A stretch of DNA of 27,857 nucleotides from an uncultured Acidimicrobiia bacterium (GTDB taxonomy: Bacteria; Actinomycetota; Acidimicrobiia; Spongiisociales; JAENVV01), in contig CAXMSI010000002.1 in assembly GCA_964196085.1 (NCBI GenBank), positions 1-27,857 on the forward strand. The letters are read 5' to 3'. The notes under the pieces were generated by a model. That model saw only the letters and a list, made by a program, of their open reading frames with translations, was not told the DNA's origin and made no database searches. The position numbers and the translations under genes are program-made. Positions 1 to 8,892 of the stretch are shown here, in pieces. Numbering within the stretch: the first letter of the stretch is position 1; each line of letters starts with the position of its first letter.

Positions 1-2
1 GG

Positions 3-317
3 CAGGGACGAGTTGTGTTCTACGACTACGACGAAGTGAAACTTCTCGGAGAATGCCGTTTTCGAGCCATCCCGGTTGCTGCGCATCCCGACGATGAGAT
101 GTCCGCAGCACCGTGGTTTTCCACCGGTCCTGGAGATGTGTTTCCAGAAGAGTTCGTCAACTTCCTCGGACTCCAGCCGGCCCTGCGAGAAATCTTTACT
201 AGCGTTCACGGCGACCTATTCTCACCCGACGGATGGGTAGCGGCTCAGGCTTCGATCGCGGCTGGAAAGCCCACTCCTGTCTACCCGTACCGACCCCAGT
301 CAAAGGTAAGCCCCTAG
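3..317 (+). CDS. aceK: Isocitrate dehydrogenase kinase/phosphatase, C-terminal fragment (5' truncated by window edge)
   Basis: The frame is open from base 3 (QGRVVFYDYDEV...PWFSTGPGDVFPEEF). This matches the AceK C-terminal signature RVVFYDYDE...PWxSxxPGDVFPEEF. Confidence 0.9.
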   Translation, partial: QGRVVFYDYDEVKLLGECRFRAIPVAAHPDDEMSAAPWFSTGPGDVFPEEFVNFLGLQPALREIFTSVHGDLFSPDGWVAAQASIAAGKPTPVYPYRPQSKVSP

Positions 318-359
318 ATAATCACGTCACCGGCGAATCGAATCGGTTAAACAGTGCAC

Positions 360-1559
360 ATGACAGGCCTCACTATCAATCCGCACATCTCAGGTCTCTC
401 GTGCTCAAAGACAGGCGACGAAGTGGACCCCCAGGGTTGGAGTCGCCCAATCGGGTTGTCCACTGCAGGGTTCCCTATCACCATCGAGTACGACCTCGAC
501 ACCATCGCCGACCTAAAACCCGGAGCGGAAGCCGGCCTCTGGCGGCATCGAAATCTTCTGCCAGTGTGGGGCGTTCCAGACGACTACGCCGCAGACGTCG
601 GCAACACACCAACCTTCCGCTCGGGGCCGCTAAGCAAGCGGTACGGAGTCGACGTTTGGGTAAAGAACGAAGGGTCCAATCCTTCTGGTTCATTCAAGGA
701 TCGCGGGCTTGCTGTCGGAGTAGCGCTCGGGGCTGCGGCAGGAGCCGAAGGGTTCTTTCTGCCCACGCAGGGCAATGCTGGCGTTTCGGCTGCGCTCTTC
801 TCCACCCGCCTCGGGCTCAGCCCTTGCGAAGTAACCATGCCCGACGGCTATCAGGGTGGCATGTACCACCGGGCTGTAACGCACTACGGCGGGAACGTGA
901 CCTTCCACGGCAGCAACATCGCTGCCGCCGGAAAGCATGCCCGAGCCGCTTCGGCCAAGGAGGTCAAGGCCGGTACCCGGGTAGACCTCTCGACCTTCTT
1001 CGAACCTGGCAGGCTTGAAGGCAAAAAGACCATGGGGATTGAGATTGTCGAGCATTTCGGTGACCGTCTTCCTGATTGGATCATCTACCCCACTGGTGGA
1101 GGGACCGGGTTGGTTGGTATCTGGAAAGCCATTATGGAACTGGGCTATCTGGGCGAGCTCGACGAAGGTCAGGAACTCCCTCGGATGGTCGCAGTCCAGT
1201 CCAAAGCGTGCGCTCCCGTTGTCCGGTCATTCGAGCGTGGCGAAGATACCGTTACCCCGGTGCAATCCAACGGCACGGTGGCCGACGGACTTGACGTGCC
1301 CGGGGCGCTCATGGGTCACGCCATCTTGCAGGCTCTCCGCGACTCTGAGGGCACTGCTGTTGCAGTGCCAGAAAAGGCCATCAAGAAGAAATACGCTGAG
1401 TTCGCAGCTGCCGGGATCCCAGCGGGATACGAGGCTGCAGCCGCTCTTGCTGCCTTGAACCAACTCAAAGAGGCGGGCACAATCACAAAGGGCCAGCGAG
1501 TACTACTACTCAACACCGGCGGCCCCTTCGTTGCACTTTCGAAAGAGGTATCTCAATGA
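360..1559 (+). CDS. thrC: Threonine synthase-like PLP enzyme (fold type II)
   Basis: Motifs KNEGSNPSGSFKDRG (PLP Lys), TQGNAG, GRLEGKKT, YPTGGGTGLVG and LLNTG. ATG at 360 (GTG at 354 is an alternative). Substrate not proven. Confidence 0.75.
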   Translation: MTGLTINPHISGLSCSKTGDEVDPQGWSRPIGLSTAGFPITIEYDLDTIADLKPGAEAGLWRHRNLLPVWGVPDDYAADVGNTPTFRSGPLSKRYGVDVWVKNEGSNPSGSFKDRGLAVGVALGAAAGAEGFFLPTQGNAGVSAALFSTRLGLSPCEVTMPDGYQGGMYHRAVTHYGGNVTFHGSNIAAAGKHARAASAKEVKAGTRVDLSTFFEPGRLEGKKTMGIEIVEHFGDRLPDWIIYPTGGGTGLVGIWKAIMELGYLGELDEGQELPRMVAVQSKACAPVVRSFERGEDTVTPVQSNGTVADGLDVPGALMGHAILQALRDSEGTAVAVPEKAIKKKYAEFAAAGIPAGYEAAAALAALNQLKEAGTITKGQRVLLLNTGGPFVALSKEVSQ

Positions 1560-2347
1560 AGTACGAAACCATCACGCTCATGGTCGAGAACAACGTTGGA
1601 TGGCTCCGGTTGAACCGTCCCGAAGCAGCGAACGTCTTCACACTGCAGATGACAAAGGACCTAGCGGCAGCGGCCATTGCTTGTGCCACGAATGCGGAGG
1701 TTCGAGCGGTGGTGATCACCGGCGAGGGACGCTTCTTCTGCGCAGGAGGCGACCTTGAGACCTTCCACTCGGCAGGAGATGATGTCAGTGCAGTTGTTCT
1801 TGAAATGACCATGCACCTCCACGCAGCCGTGTCGAGGTTCGCCAGGATGGATGCGCCAGTGATTGCTGCCGTAAACGGTGTCGCTGCAGGCGGCGGGTTC
1901 TCTCTGGCCATCGGCTGTGACTTGATCTACGCGTCACATAACGCTTCATTTGTCTCGGCCTACACCGCAGCGGGCCTTTCGCCCGACGGTAGCTCGACCT
2001 ACTTCCTGGGGAGAGCTGTTGGCGATCGCCGGGCAATGGAACTCTTCCTCACCAACCGGAAGCTGTCAGCTGACGAAGCACTCGATTGGGGTCTCATCAA
2101 CGCCACCGTGTCAGCTGATGACCTCGAGTCCACGGTGAGAAAGCTTGCAGAAGAGTTGGCAGCAGGGCCGACCAAGGCGTTCGGGTCGGTAAAGCAATTG
2201 GTGCGTTCCAGCTCCACCGAGACGCTAGAAAGCCAAATGGAACTCGAGGCTCAGCTGGTTTCAAGAAACGCCGCAGGTAACGACGGCCGCAAAGGTATCA
2301 ACGCCTTCCTGAACAAGCAACGGCCAGAGTTCACTGGGGAGCAGTAG
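1556..2347 (+). CDS. Enoyl-CoA hydratase/isomerase family protein (PaaG-like)
   Basis: Crotonase motifs LNRPEAAN, FCAGGDL, AAVNGVAAGGG and GLSPDGSST. ATGA overlap with the upstream gene. Confidence 0.9.
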   Translation: MKYETITLMVENNVGWLRLNRPEAANVFTLQMTKDLAAAAIACATNAEVRAVVITGEGRFFCAGGDLETFHSAGDDVSAVVLEMTMHLHAAVSRFARMDAPVIAAVNGVAAGGGFSLAIGCDLIYASHNASFVSAYTAAGLSPDGSSTYFLGRAVGDRRAMELFLTNRKLSADEALDWGLINATVSADDLESTVRKLAEELAAGPTKAFGSVKQLVRSSSTETLESQMELEAQLVSRNAAGNDGRKGINAFLNKQRPEFTGEQ

Positions 2348-2424
2348 CCGCTCTCAGTTGAACCGTCTGGGGTTCTATCTCGCCACGGTCCGTCTCCGGC
2401 CCTCGGATCGTTCTCAGCCGCGAC

Positions 2425-2979
2425 TCAATGGGCTCGTACTTCGCTACCCGTTCGCCAGAAACGAGCAATCAAGAGTGCTACCAGCGACCCTGTTGTATTC
2501 GCGATGAGGTCCTGCATGTTGTTGTCGTAACCGCCGACGTTCGTGTCCAGCAGTTTGGTACCAACGAACTCGAAGATTTCTACGAACGCTCCACCTCCAG
2601 CTCCCATCATCAGAGCCACAAGGAATCGGCCTCGGGAGAGGCCCCATCCGCCAACCACCTGCCAGCTGGCCCACGAGGCCACACCGGTGGCAGCGGCGTG
2701 AAAAACTTTGTCGTACTGGAGGCCGCCGACCACATGCATGAGATAGAGAATCTCGCCTTTGACCTCCAGCACGCCGCCCGCGAGGTTTCCTACGATCGCC
2801 AATGCCAAGGCAAACAACAGTCCCTGAGAAAACCCGACCCGGCGGTGAAAAAGAGCAACCACTCCGGCGAAAAATAGACTGAGCGGCGCGTAGACCCAGA
2901 TCCACTTACTATCCACAGCCAATCCGTACACGATGAATCCGGCAACCGCTACGAGGACGACAAGCAAATGTTGTTTCAT
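2425..2979 (-). CDS. Integral membrane protein, DUF2238/YjdF-like
   Basis: Several hydrophobic helices; YDKVFH, EIFEF and GGYDNNMQDL resemble DUF2238 motifs. The ATG at 2979 is preceded by a TAGCCT -10 element. Confidence 0.65.
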   Translation of the reverse strand: MKQHLLVVLVAVAGFIVYGLAVDSKWIWVYAPLSLFFAGVVALFHRRVGFSQGLLFALALAIVGNLAGGVLEVKGEILYLMHVVGGLQYDKVFHAAATGVASWASWQVVGGWGLSRGRFLVALMMGAGGGAFVEIFEFVGTKLLDTNVGGYDNNMQDLIANTTGSLVALLIARFWRTGSEVRAH

Positions 2980-2985
2980 TCTCAA

Positions 2986-2991
2986 AGGCTA
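2986..2991 (-). promoter_or_regulatory. -10 element (TAGCCT), leaderless promoter
   Basis: TAnnnT hexamer exactly 6 nt before the ATG at 2979; no SD sequence. Confidence 0.55.
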
Positions 2992-3002
2992 GCCAACCTT
3001 CT

Positions 3003-3008
3003 TAGGAT
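3003..3008 (+). promoter_or_regulatory. -10 element (TAGGAT), leaderless promoter
   Basis: TAGGAT-N6-ATG(3015). Confidence 0.6.
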
Positions 3009-3014
3009 GCACCC

Positions 3015-3965
3015 ATGAAGGTTTTGGCCTTGAGCGAAGATGACATCAGGTCGGTCACCTCAATGAGGGGGGCGATCACTGCTATGCGAACTGCGATGCT
3101 CGACCTCCACGAGGGGCGGGTGCTCGCACCCCTGCGAACAGCAGTGGCCCAGCCCGACGGTGTCTCGCTGTTCATGCCAGCAGGCAGCACGACGGCGACT
3201 GGAGTCAAGATCGTTTCGGTCTTTGACAGCAACCCTTCTAGAGGCCTGCCGGCAATCGCGGGAATGTACATCCTCCTCGACCCAACCACTGGCCAGCCTC
3301 TGTCCATCATGAGTGCCGGATTCCTCACCGCCCTGCGAACCGGGGCCACCTGCGGACTCGCCACGGACCTTCTCGCATCTCCTGATGCATCCGTGCTCAC
3401 CGTTTTCGGGGCCGGCGGTCAGGCTCAAGCATTGATTGACGCTACTCGAGCAGTGCGTCCAATATCTGAGATCCGAATTCTTTCAGCAAGCGGGACTACA
3501 GCCCAAGATCTCGCCGCGAGGCAGCGCCCCGCTGCGAGGGCATTCAACGATATCGAAGATGCTCTCGACGGAGCCGACATCGTGATCACCGCTACCACTT
3601 CGTCGACCCCCCTCTTCTTGAAGGAGATGCTTCCAGAGCGCGTCCACATTGGGGCCATCGGTTCGTTCGATCACTCAATGTCCGAGCTCCCACCTGACTG
3701 CCTAGCTGAGGCTGACGTTGTGGTTGAACACGCCGCTACGGCGCTCGAGGAGTCAGGCGAACTTGTGGCCGCGGTGCGGGGTGGTTTCCTTGATCCAAAC
3801 TCACTCATCGAGCTAGGCGCCCTAATTGCTGGCAACGCCGAACTTGCAAACAAGCCTAGGTCGGTCTTCAAGTCGGTTGGGAACGCCGCAGAAGACATAA
3901 CCATTGCCGCTGGGATATACCGAGCAGCAGTTGCTCGAAACCTCGGCCAGACAGTAATTCTCTAA
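3015..3965 (+). CDS. Ornithine cyclodeaminase / mu-crystallin family protein
   Basis: Motifs LFMPA, GVKIVSVF, LTALRTGA, Rossmann FGAGGQA, ADIVITAT and VFKSVGNAAED. Confidence 0.9.
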   Translation: MKVLALSEDDIRSVTSMRGAITAMRTAMLDLHEGRVLAPLRTAVAQPDGVSLFMPAGSTTATGVKIVSVFDSNPSRGLPAIAGMYILLDPTTGQPLSIMSAGFLTALRTGATCGLATDLLASPDASVLTVFGAGGQAQALIDATRAVRPISEIRILSASGTTAQDLAARQRPAARAFNDIEDALDGADIVITATTSSTPLFLKEMLPERVHIGAIGSFDHSMSELPPDCLAEADVVVEHAATALEESGELVAAVRGGFLDPNSLIELGALIAGNAELANKPRSVFKSVGNAAEDITIAAGIYRAAVARNLGQTVIL

Positions 3966-4007
3966 CAAGTACTCGGGATGTCTCACCTGTTAGCTACCGT
4001 CTTGTCA

Positions 4008-5411
4008 ATGTACGGCGATGGACCCCAGAAACTCAATATCAGCCACGCCGAGCTGTCCGCCCTTTGCCCAGGCTCCTACGGCACGGGTACCAAACGCCCG
4101 GCAGGTGCACTGACCCGCTGGATTGCTGTACGGGATGCCATCGTGCAGTGGTATCAAGACAAACAACCCGACGACGCCTCCGGCATCGAGGCCGATCTTT
4201 TTGGATTCCTCGATCAGCTTCAACAGAACGAATGTGCTGCTCGGTTCAAATCATGGCGGACGATCTTTCCCGAACGCCCGCAGTCATTTGAGTTCGACCC
4301 ACCGGGCGCTTCAATCGTTTCAGACGACGGCCAACGGTACCTTGATGTCCCGTTCCACGTTGAACTCACCAATAGCAACGGCCAAGTTGAGCGGCTAAGG
4401 ATCAAACTTTCTACACCATCATCACCCGTCGAGCAGTTCATCGTCACCGAGTACGGCGACTCGGACGTGGAGTACTCAGATGTGCTGCTCAGCTTCGGGC
4501 AAATGGAACCTATTGAGGCACCCGAGTTTGTAGAGCGGACAATCGAGGACCTGTTCAATCTCGGGGAGGAAATGGGGACTGATAAGTCTCTCAACCCTGG
4601 GTTCCACTGCTGGATGTGTAACCGGTTTGCCCGCTGCGGCCAATACCCAACACCAGATCGGACAGAACCCCCGGCCAACACCCTCTCAGTAATGCTTCCC
4701 AAGAGTCGACTCAAGAACCTGGAAGTGTGTGAACGTCGAGTGGCTTGGAAGACGATCTATCAAGTACCGGTTCCACCTAGTGACGAAGAGCTCGGCTCAG
4801 CCCACCGCGTTGGGCTCACCTTCCACGGCGCCATTGCAGCCGCGGTTCTATCGCCCGATCCCGACGACGCTATGGCCGGGTTTCGATCGAACCTCCCAGG
4901 CTCAGAGCAAGGAGACTTCGACCTACTGTGGGAAGCACACAAACAACTCGTCGCCACCGAACCGCACCCTGTGACGATCAGTAGCGTCGAATTCCCATTT
5001 GGAGTGACCCTGCCTGCCGATGGAGGTCGGAGATCCGTGACCCTATCGGCAGTGGTAGACGCAGTGGGCCGCGAGGCAACTGGCATAGCAGCAGTAATCG
5101 AGCACCGAACCACCGTCCGGTCTGATATTCCCTTTCTTGAACAAGAACTCTATGCAGTCGCCACCTGGCTTTCCACCGGAGCTACCGAGGTGGCAGTGCA
5201 CCACCATCATCTGCGGGCCGGGCCGGATGACCGCTGCACTCGCCGACTGTTCTGCGCCGACGACCTGGACCGGGCTCTCGATCGCCTACGCGACGCTGGT
5301 GAAGTCGTTGCAGCCTGGGACTACGAGGACGCCTTGCAGCCCAGTTTCTCAGTTGGGCCACACTGCCAGTACTGCGAGTTCAAACCGACGTGTGAGAACT
5401 ACCGAACATAA
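4008..5411 (+). CDS. Protein with two tandem PD-(D/E)XK (RecB/AddB/Cas4-like) domains, each with a four-Cys Fe-S pattern
   Basis: Domain 1: ISHAELSALCP...PGFHCWMCNRFARC. Domain 2: LPKSRLKNLEVCERR...GLTFHGAI...SAVVDAV...VIEHRT...GPHCQYCEFKPTC. The start could be ATG 3978; ATG 4008 is preceded by TACCGT-N7. Confidence 0.7.
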   Translation: MYGDGPQKLNISHAELSALCPGSYGTGTKRPAGALTRWIAVRDAIVQWYQDKQPDDASGIEADLFGFLDQLQQNECAARFKSWRTIFPERPQSFEFDPPGASIVSDDGQRYLDVPFHVELTNSNGQVERLRIKLSTPSSPVEQFIVTEYGDSDVEYSDVLLSFGQMEPIEAPEFVERTIEDLFNLGEEMGTDKSLNPGFHCWMCNRFARCGQYPTPDRTEPPANTLSVMLPKSRLKNLEVCERRVAWKTIYQVPVPPSDEELGSAHRVGLTFHGAIAAAVLSPDPDDAMAGFRSNLPGSEQGDFDLLWEAHKQLVATEPHPVTISSVEFPFGVTLPADGGRRSVTLSAVVDAVGREATGIAAVIEHRTTVRSDIPFLEQELYAVATWLSTGATEVAVHHHHLRAGPDDRCTRRLFCADDLDRALDRLRDAGEVVAAWDYEDALQPSFSVGPHCQYCEFKPTCENYRT

Positions 5412-5439
5412 GTGATAACAGAGTCAGGCTCCGGGTCCA

Positions 5440-6180
5440 TCACGAAACAAGCGTGATGCCGCCGTCAACCACCAGCACCTGCCCAGTGACATAGGTTGAC
5501 CTCGTGAGCCCAAGACACGCCTCTGCAACGTCATCGGGTAAGCCCGAGCGTTGTAGCGGGGCAGAGGTCACAACCCCCGATCGAAGCTCATCCCAAGATT
5601 CGGTCCACGGTGTGTCGATGAGCCCGGGGGCAACAGCGTTCACGCGTACTTCAGGGCCAACAACCTTCGCGAGGAGAACCGTGAGATGATTGATCGCTGC
5701 CTTGGATACTGAGTACGGAATCGATGATCCCATTGGTCGGACTCCTGCGACAGATGAGATGTTGATGATCGATCCGTTGACCGCCTTCAGAGCGGGCATC
5801 GCAAGCTTGGACATCCTCCACGTCCCCATGACGTTCACGTCCAGAATGCGATGCCAGAGTTCATCCGTTACCGATTCGAGATCCGCGTGCGGGATCACTT
5901 CGGTGGTACCGGCGTTGTTGATGAGTACATCGAGACGACCGAACTGCGAGACGGTCTGAGCGATGATGCGCTCGCAATCGTCTGCGTCAGAAATGTCCCC
6001 CTGCACGTAGGTCGCTCCCGGCAACGAATCTGCTACAGCTTCGCCAGCTTCGACTGAGCGGGCGGAGTTGACCACGACCGAAGCTCCATCTTGAGCGAAG
6101 CGTCGTGCCACAGCCTCGCCAATGCCACTAGAAGAACCAGTAACCAGCACCGTCTTGCCCGTGATTGTCTTGTTCTGCAT
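5440..6180 (-). CDS. SDR family oxidoreductase
   Basis: Motifs TGSSSGIG, NNAG, catalytic YSVSK and VRVNAVAPG. Confidence 0.95.
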   Translation of the reverse strand: MQNKTITGKTVLVTGSSSGIGEAVARRFAQDGASVVVNSARSVEAGEAVADSLPGATYVQGDISDADDCERIIAQTVSQFGRLDVLINNAGTTEVIPHADLESVTDELWHRILDVNVMGTWRMSKLAMPALKAVNGSIINISSVAGVRPMGSSIPYSVSKAAINHLTVLLAKVVGPEVRVNAVAPGLIDTPWTESWDELRSGVVTSAPLQRSGLPDDVAEACLGLTRSTYVTGQVLVVDGGITLVS

Positions 6181-6186
6181 CCTCCG

Positions 6187-6192
6187 ATCATA
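6187..6192 (-). promoter_or_regulatory. -10 element (TATGAT), leaderless promoter
   Basis: TATGAT-N6-ATG(6180). Confidence 0.6.
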
Positions 6193-6237
6193 CCGGCGGT
6201 GTGCAGAGCCCGCTTTGGGGAACTCTAGATTCGCTCC

Positions 6238-7479
6238 CTAACGGACAAGCAATCTACCAGGGGCCATACGCACCAGTCGCTCGAGCATGAAGTAGGCATG
6301 CTCGGCTGTCTTCTTCTCTTCTTCTTCCAACAGGTTGGCCATGACCTTGAGCACCCACTCCATGAGAGGCTTCGACCGGAGTCCTGTTTTGGTGAGTGTC
6401 GACATCACCCACGGCTGCCCGATGGCCTTCACGAAGAGCCGGGCGAACCGGTAGTAGTCGCCATAGACCTCGTCGAGATAGTTCGGGTACGCCATCAGAT
6501 GCGACGGATCGTTGTTCTTCAAGGCATCTGCGATGAACCCCGCAGCAATTCGGCCGGTCTCGTACCCATAGGAGATGCCTTCGCCGTTCCACGGATTGAT
6601 GGCCCCAGCTGCGTCACCCACGGTGATCCAGTTGGGCCCAGCTTTCGGGCCTACAGAGAGTGCCATTGACAGCTTGCCACCACGGTGGGCTGTTGGGTTT
6701 GAGAGGTCCCAGCCCGCAGGTGCCCCGGCCGAGTAGGCGTGCATCATATCGGTTGTGTTTACATCTTTCCAGCGCTTGAAAGTCGAAAGCAAGCCAACCC
6801 CAACATTGACTGTGCCATCACCAAGCGGGAATATCCAACCGTATCCCGGCATTGCAGCGCCAGTCGAGTCCGTGATGTACAACTGTGATTCCATAAATGG
6901 GTCGGCAGATTTTGGCGAGTCAAAATACCCCCGAGCGGCGAGGCCCATGGGGTAATCGCGTCTCCTAGAAGTGCCAAGGGCCCGGCCGAACCTGCTTAAG
7001 GATCCGTCGGCGACGATTACATAATCGGCTGGAATTCGTTCTCGCTCGCCACCTCTGATGAGATCTACGTGAGTCACTCGGCCTGCTTCAACCACCGGCT
7101 CAGCAGTAGTGTTTTCAAACAGCGTGGCACCAGCAGCAACCGCGAGATTTACCACGTCGTGATCGAGGTCTGCCCTACGGATGATGGCTCCCCAGTTGGG
7201 GAACTTAGAGTGATCGGGCCACTGCATCTCCAACTTGAGCTCGGGGCCTCCGTAGCTGCGCAATCCGGTGATTCGATGCAGGCCAGACCTCGTGAAATCA
7301 AAATTGAACCCCATTCGCTGAAGCTCATGGATGGCCCTGGGGGTAAGCCCATCTCCACAGGTCTTCTCCCTAGGGAACGACTTCTTCTCGACCAGAGTGA
7401 CCTCAATACCCGCCTTGGCAAGCCAAAAAGCGGCAGCGGATCCGGCGGGACCAGCTCCCACAACAATGACGTTCGACAT
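6238..7479 (-). CDS. menJ: Geranylgeranyl reductase family FAD enzyme, probable menaquinone side-chain reductase (MenJ-like)
   Basis: Motifs VGAGPAGSAAA, FPREKTCGDGLTPRA, GYGWIFPLGDG and VGDAAGAINPWNGEGISY; located near a menaquinol-type bc complex. The symbol is a best guess. Confidence 0.75.
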   Translation of the reverse strand: MSNVIVVGAGPAGSAAAFWLAKAGIEVTLVEKKSFPREKTCGDGLTPRAIHELQRMGFNFDFTRSGLHRITGLRSYGGPELKLEMQWPDHSKFPNWGAIIRRADLDHDVVNLAVAAGATLFENTTAEPVVEAGRVTHVDLIRGGERERIPADYVIVADGSLSRFGRALGTSRRRDYPMGLAARGYFDSPKSADPFMESQLYITDSTGAAMPGYGWIFPLGDGTVNVGVGLLSTFKRWKDVNTTDMMHAYSAGAPAGWDLSNPTAHRGGKLSMALSVGPKAGPNWITVGDAAGAINPWNGEGISYGYETGRIAAGFIADALKNNDPSHLMAYPNYLDEVYGDYYRFARLFVKAIGQPWVMSTLTKTGLRSKPLMEWVLKVMANLLEEEEKKTAEHAYFMLERLVRMAPGRLLVR

Positions 7480-7485
7480 GGAGTA

Positions 7486-7491
7486 ATCCTA
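7486..7491 (-). promoter_or_regulatory. -10 element (TAGGAT), leaderless promoter
   Basis: TAGGAT-N6-ATG(7479). Confidence 0.6.
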
Positions 7492-7544
7492 CTCGGGTTT
7501 TGCTGTTCTGAGACAACCTCAACTTGGAAGACTCGGCGGAACAC

Positions 7545-7550
7545 TAGGGT
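7545..7550 (+). promoter_or_regulatory. -10 element (TAGGGT), leaderless promoter of rex
   Basis: TAGGGT-N6-ATG(7557). Confidence 0.55.
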
Positions 7551-7556
7551 TTTGCC

Positions 7557-8171
7557 ATGAGCAAGAATACAGACATCCCCCGAGCGACCGTGAATCGCCT
7601 CCCCCGCTATCTCGCCGCTCTTGGGGCACTACCTAGGACCACAGTGACCCTGCGGTCGGCTGAGCTTTCTGCTGTCACCAACTTCTCGGACTCTTCGATC
7701 CGCAAGGATCTCTCACTGCTGAAGGTGTCAGGAACCCGAGGCGTTGGGTACGACGTTGTCCATCTTCAGGAAGCGATTAGGAAGACACTCGGTCTGGAAA
7801 AGGAACGCAATATCGCTCTCATCGGCGCGGGCAACCTCGGTTCAGCTTTGGCAAACTACCGGGGGCTTCTAGACGCGGGTTTTCTACTCACCAACATCTT
7901 TGATGCTGGCGCACACACTATTGGTTCGATCGTCGGCGGACTCGTCGTGCAACCCATGGAGGAACTGCACTCAATGGAGAACGTCTCCATCGCGATTCTG
8001 GCAGTCCCTCAGCGAGCCGCACAGGGAGTGGCCGATCGGCTGCTTGAAGCGGGGATCACGTCAATCTTGAACTTCGCGCCCAAGATGCTGAACCTTCCGA
8101 CGGGAGTCATCTCAAGAAACGTTGATCTCTCTACAGAACTCCAGGTCTTGGCGTACTTCGATCAGGGATGA
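7557..8171 (+). CDS. rex: Redox-sensing transcriptional repressor Rex
   Basis: wHTH motifs IPRATVNRLPRY and IRKDLS...GTRGVGYDV; Rossmann IGAGNLGSAL; ILNFAP...RNVDLSTEL. Confidence 0.95.
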   Translation: MSKNTDIPRATVNRLPRYLAALGALPRTTVTLRSAELSAVTNFSDSSIRKDLSLLKVSGTRGVGYDVVHLQEAIRKTLGLEKERNIALIGAGNLGSALANYRGLLDAGFLLTNIFDAGAHTIGSIVGGLVVQPMEELHSMENVSIAILAVPQRAAQGVADRLLEAGITSILNFAPKMLNLPTGVISRNVDLSTELQVLAYFDQG

Positions 8172-8234
8172 GGGCGCCGCAGCGCTAGGCACTAGAATCA
8201 TCTTACGTGCGCGCCTGCACGTAAGTCGGTTTTG

Positions 8235-8816
8235 TCATTCGCTGTCCCAAACCATCGTCATTTCAATGATCGACGCTTCTATCTGGTCGGTCGACGCACG
8301 ATATCGGTCCATCTCGTCCCCGCCCAGCGCGGCAAACGCTTCCTCGACCAGCCGCACGTATCCTGCCGAAACGAAGTCAGTACCCGCTTCTCGACTCTGC
8401 GCACCTAGCCGGACAGCACTGTCCCTTGGGAGGTAGGTAATGATGCTCCCAGCCACAGCAGCTTCTACATCGACCAGACCAGTGATCTCTATCCTTTTGT
8501 ACCGTCGTTCGCGTAGATCGAAACCCGGCAGGTCACTGGCATCCACGGCGAAGACTGCACCATTTACCTGATCCAGCTCGGACCGATAGATACCAAGCGC
8601 TGAGGCCGTCCCAAAGAAGCGGTGCCCGTCACTGTCGAGAAAATACTTGTCTGTTGGATCGTCGTGAATATTGGGCATCGTTGCATTCCAACCCCGCCTA
8701 AACCCCTGCAAGGTAGCTTTGGAAAAGCCAGCCAAAGGGCGACCCAATGTTCGCTCAACCGAAGCCGGTGAAACGAGCGAGCCGTAGCCGAAGAGCCAAA
8801 GATTGGGAACGTCCAT
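8235..8816 (-). CDS. Gamma-glutamylcyclotransferase (GGCT/ChaC-like) family protein
   Basis: N-terminal FGYGSLV motif, plus VNGAVF and FDLRERRY. Confidence 0.8.
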   Translation of the reverse strand: MDVPNLWLFGYGSLVSPASVERTLGRPLAGFSKATLQGFRRGWNATMPNIHDDPTDKYFLDSDGHRFFGTASALGIYRSELDQVNGAVFAVDASDLPGFDLRERRYKRIEITGLVDVEAAVAGSIITYLPRDSAVRLGAQSREAGTDFVSAGYVRLVEEAFAALGGDEMDRYRASTDQIEASIIEMTMVWDSE

Positions 8817-8822
8817 CGGCGA

Positions 8823-8828
8823 AGGCTA
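8823..8828 (-). promoter_or_regulatory. -10 element (TAGCCT), leaderless promoter
   Basis: TAGCCT-N6-ATG(8816). Confidence 0.55.
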
Positions 8829-8892
8829 ACAAGTAGCCATAGAATCACGGCCCCTGTTGGAGTCTCTCTTTGTATCCAACCAAGGAGAACCC

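Noticed and set aside
233-1018. 261-aa Arg-rich alternative-frame ORF and similar overlapping ORFs (e.g. 7069..7560, 16058..16633, 27302..27844)
   Set aside because: These are off-frame or antisense to well-supported genes, with composition typical of GC-rich shadow ORFs.
4008-5411. CRISPR-associated cas4
   Set aside because: No array or other cas genes are in the window; only the fold similarity is supported.
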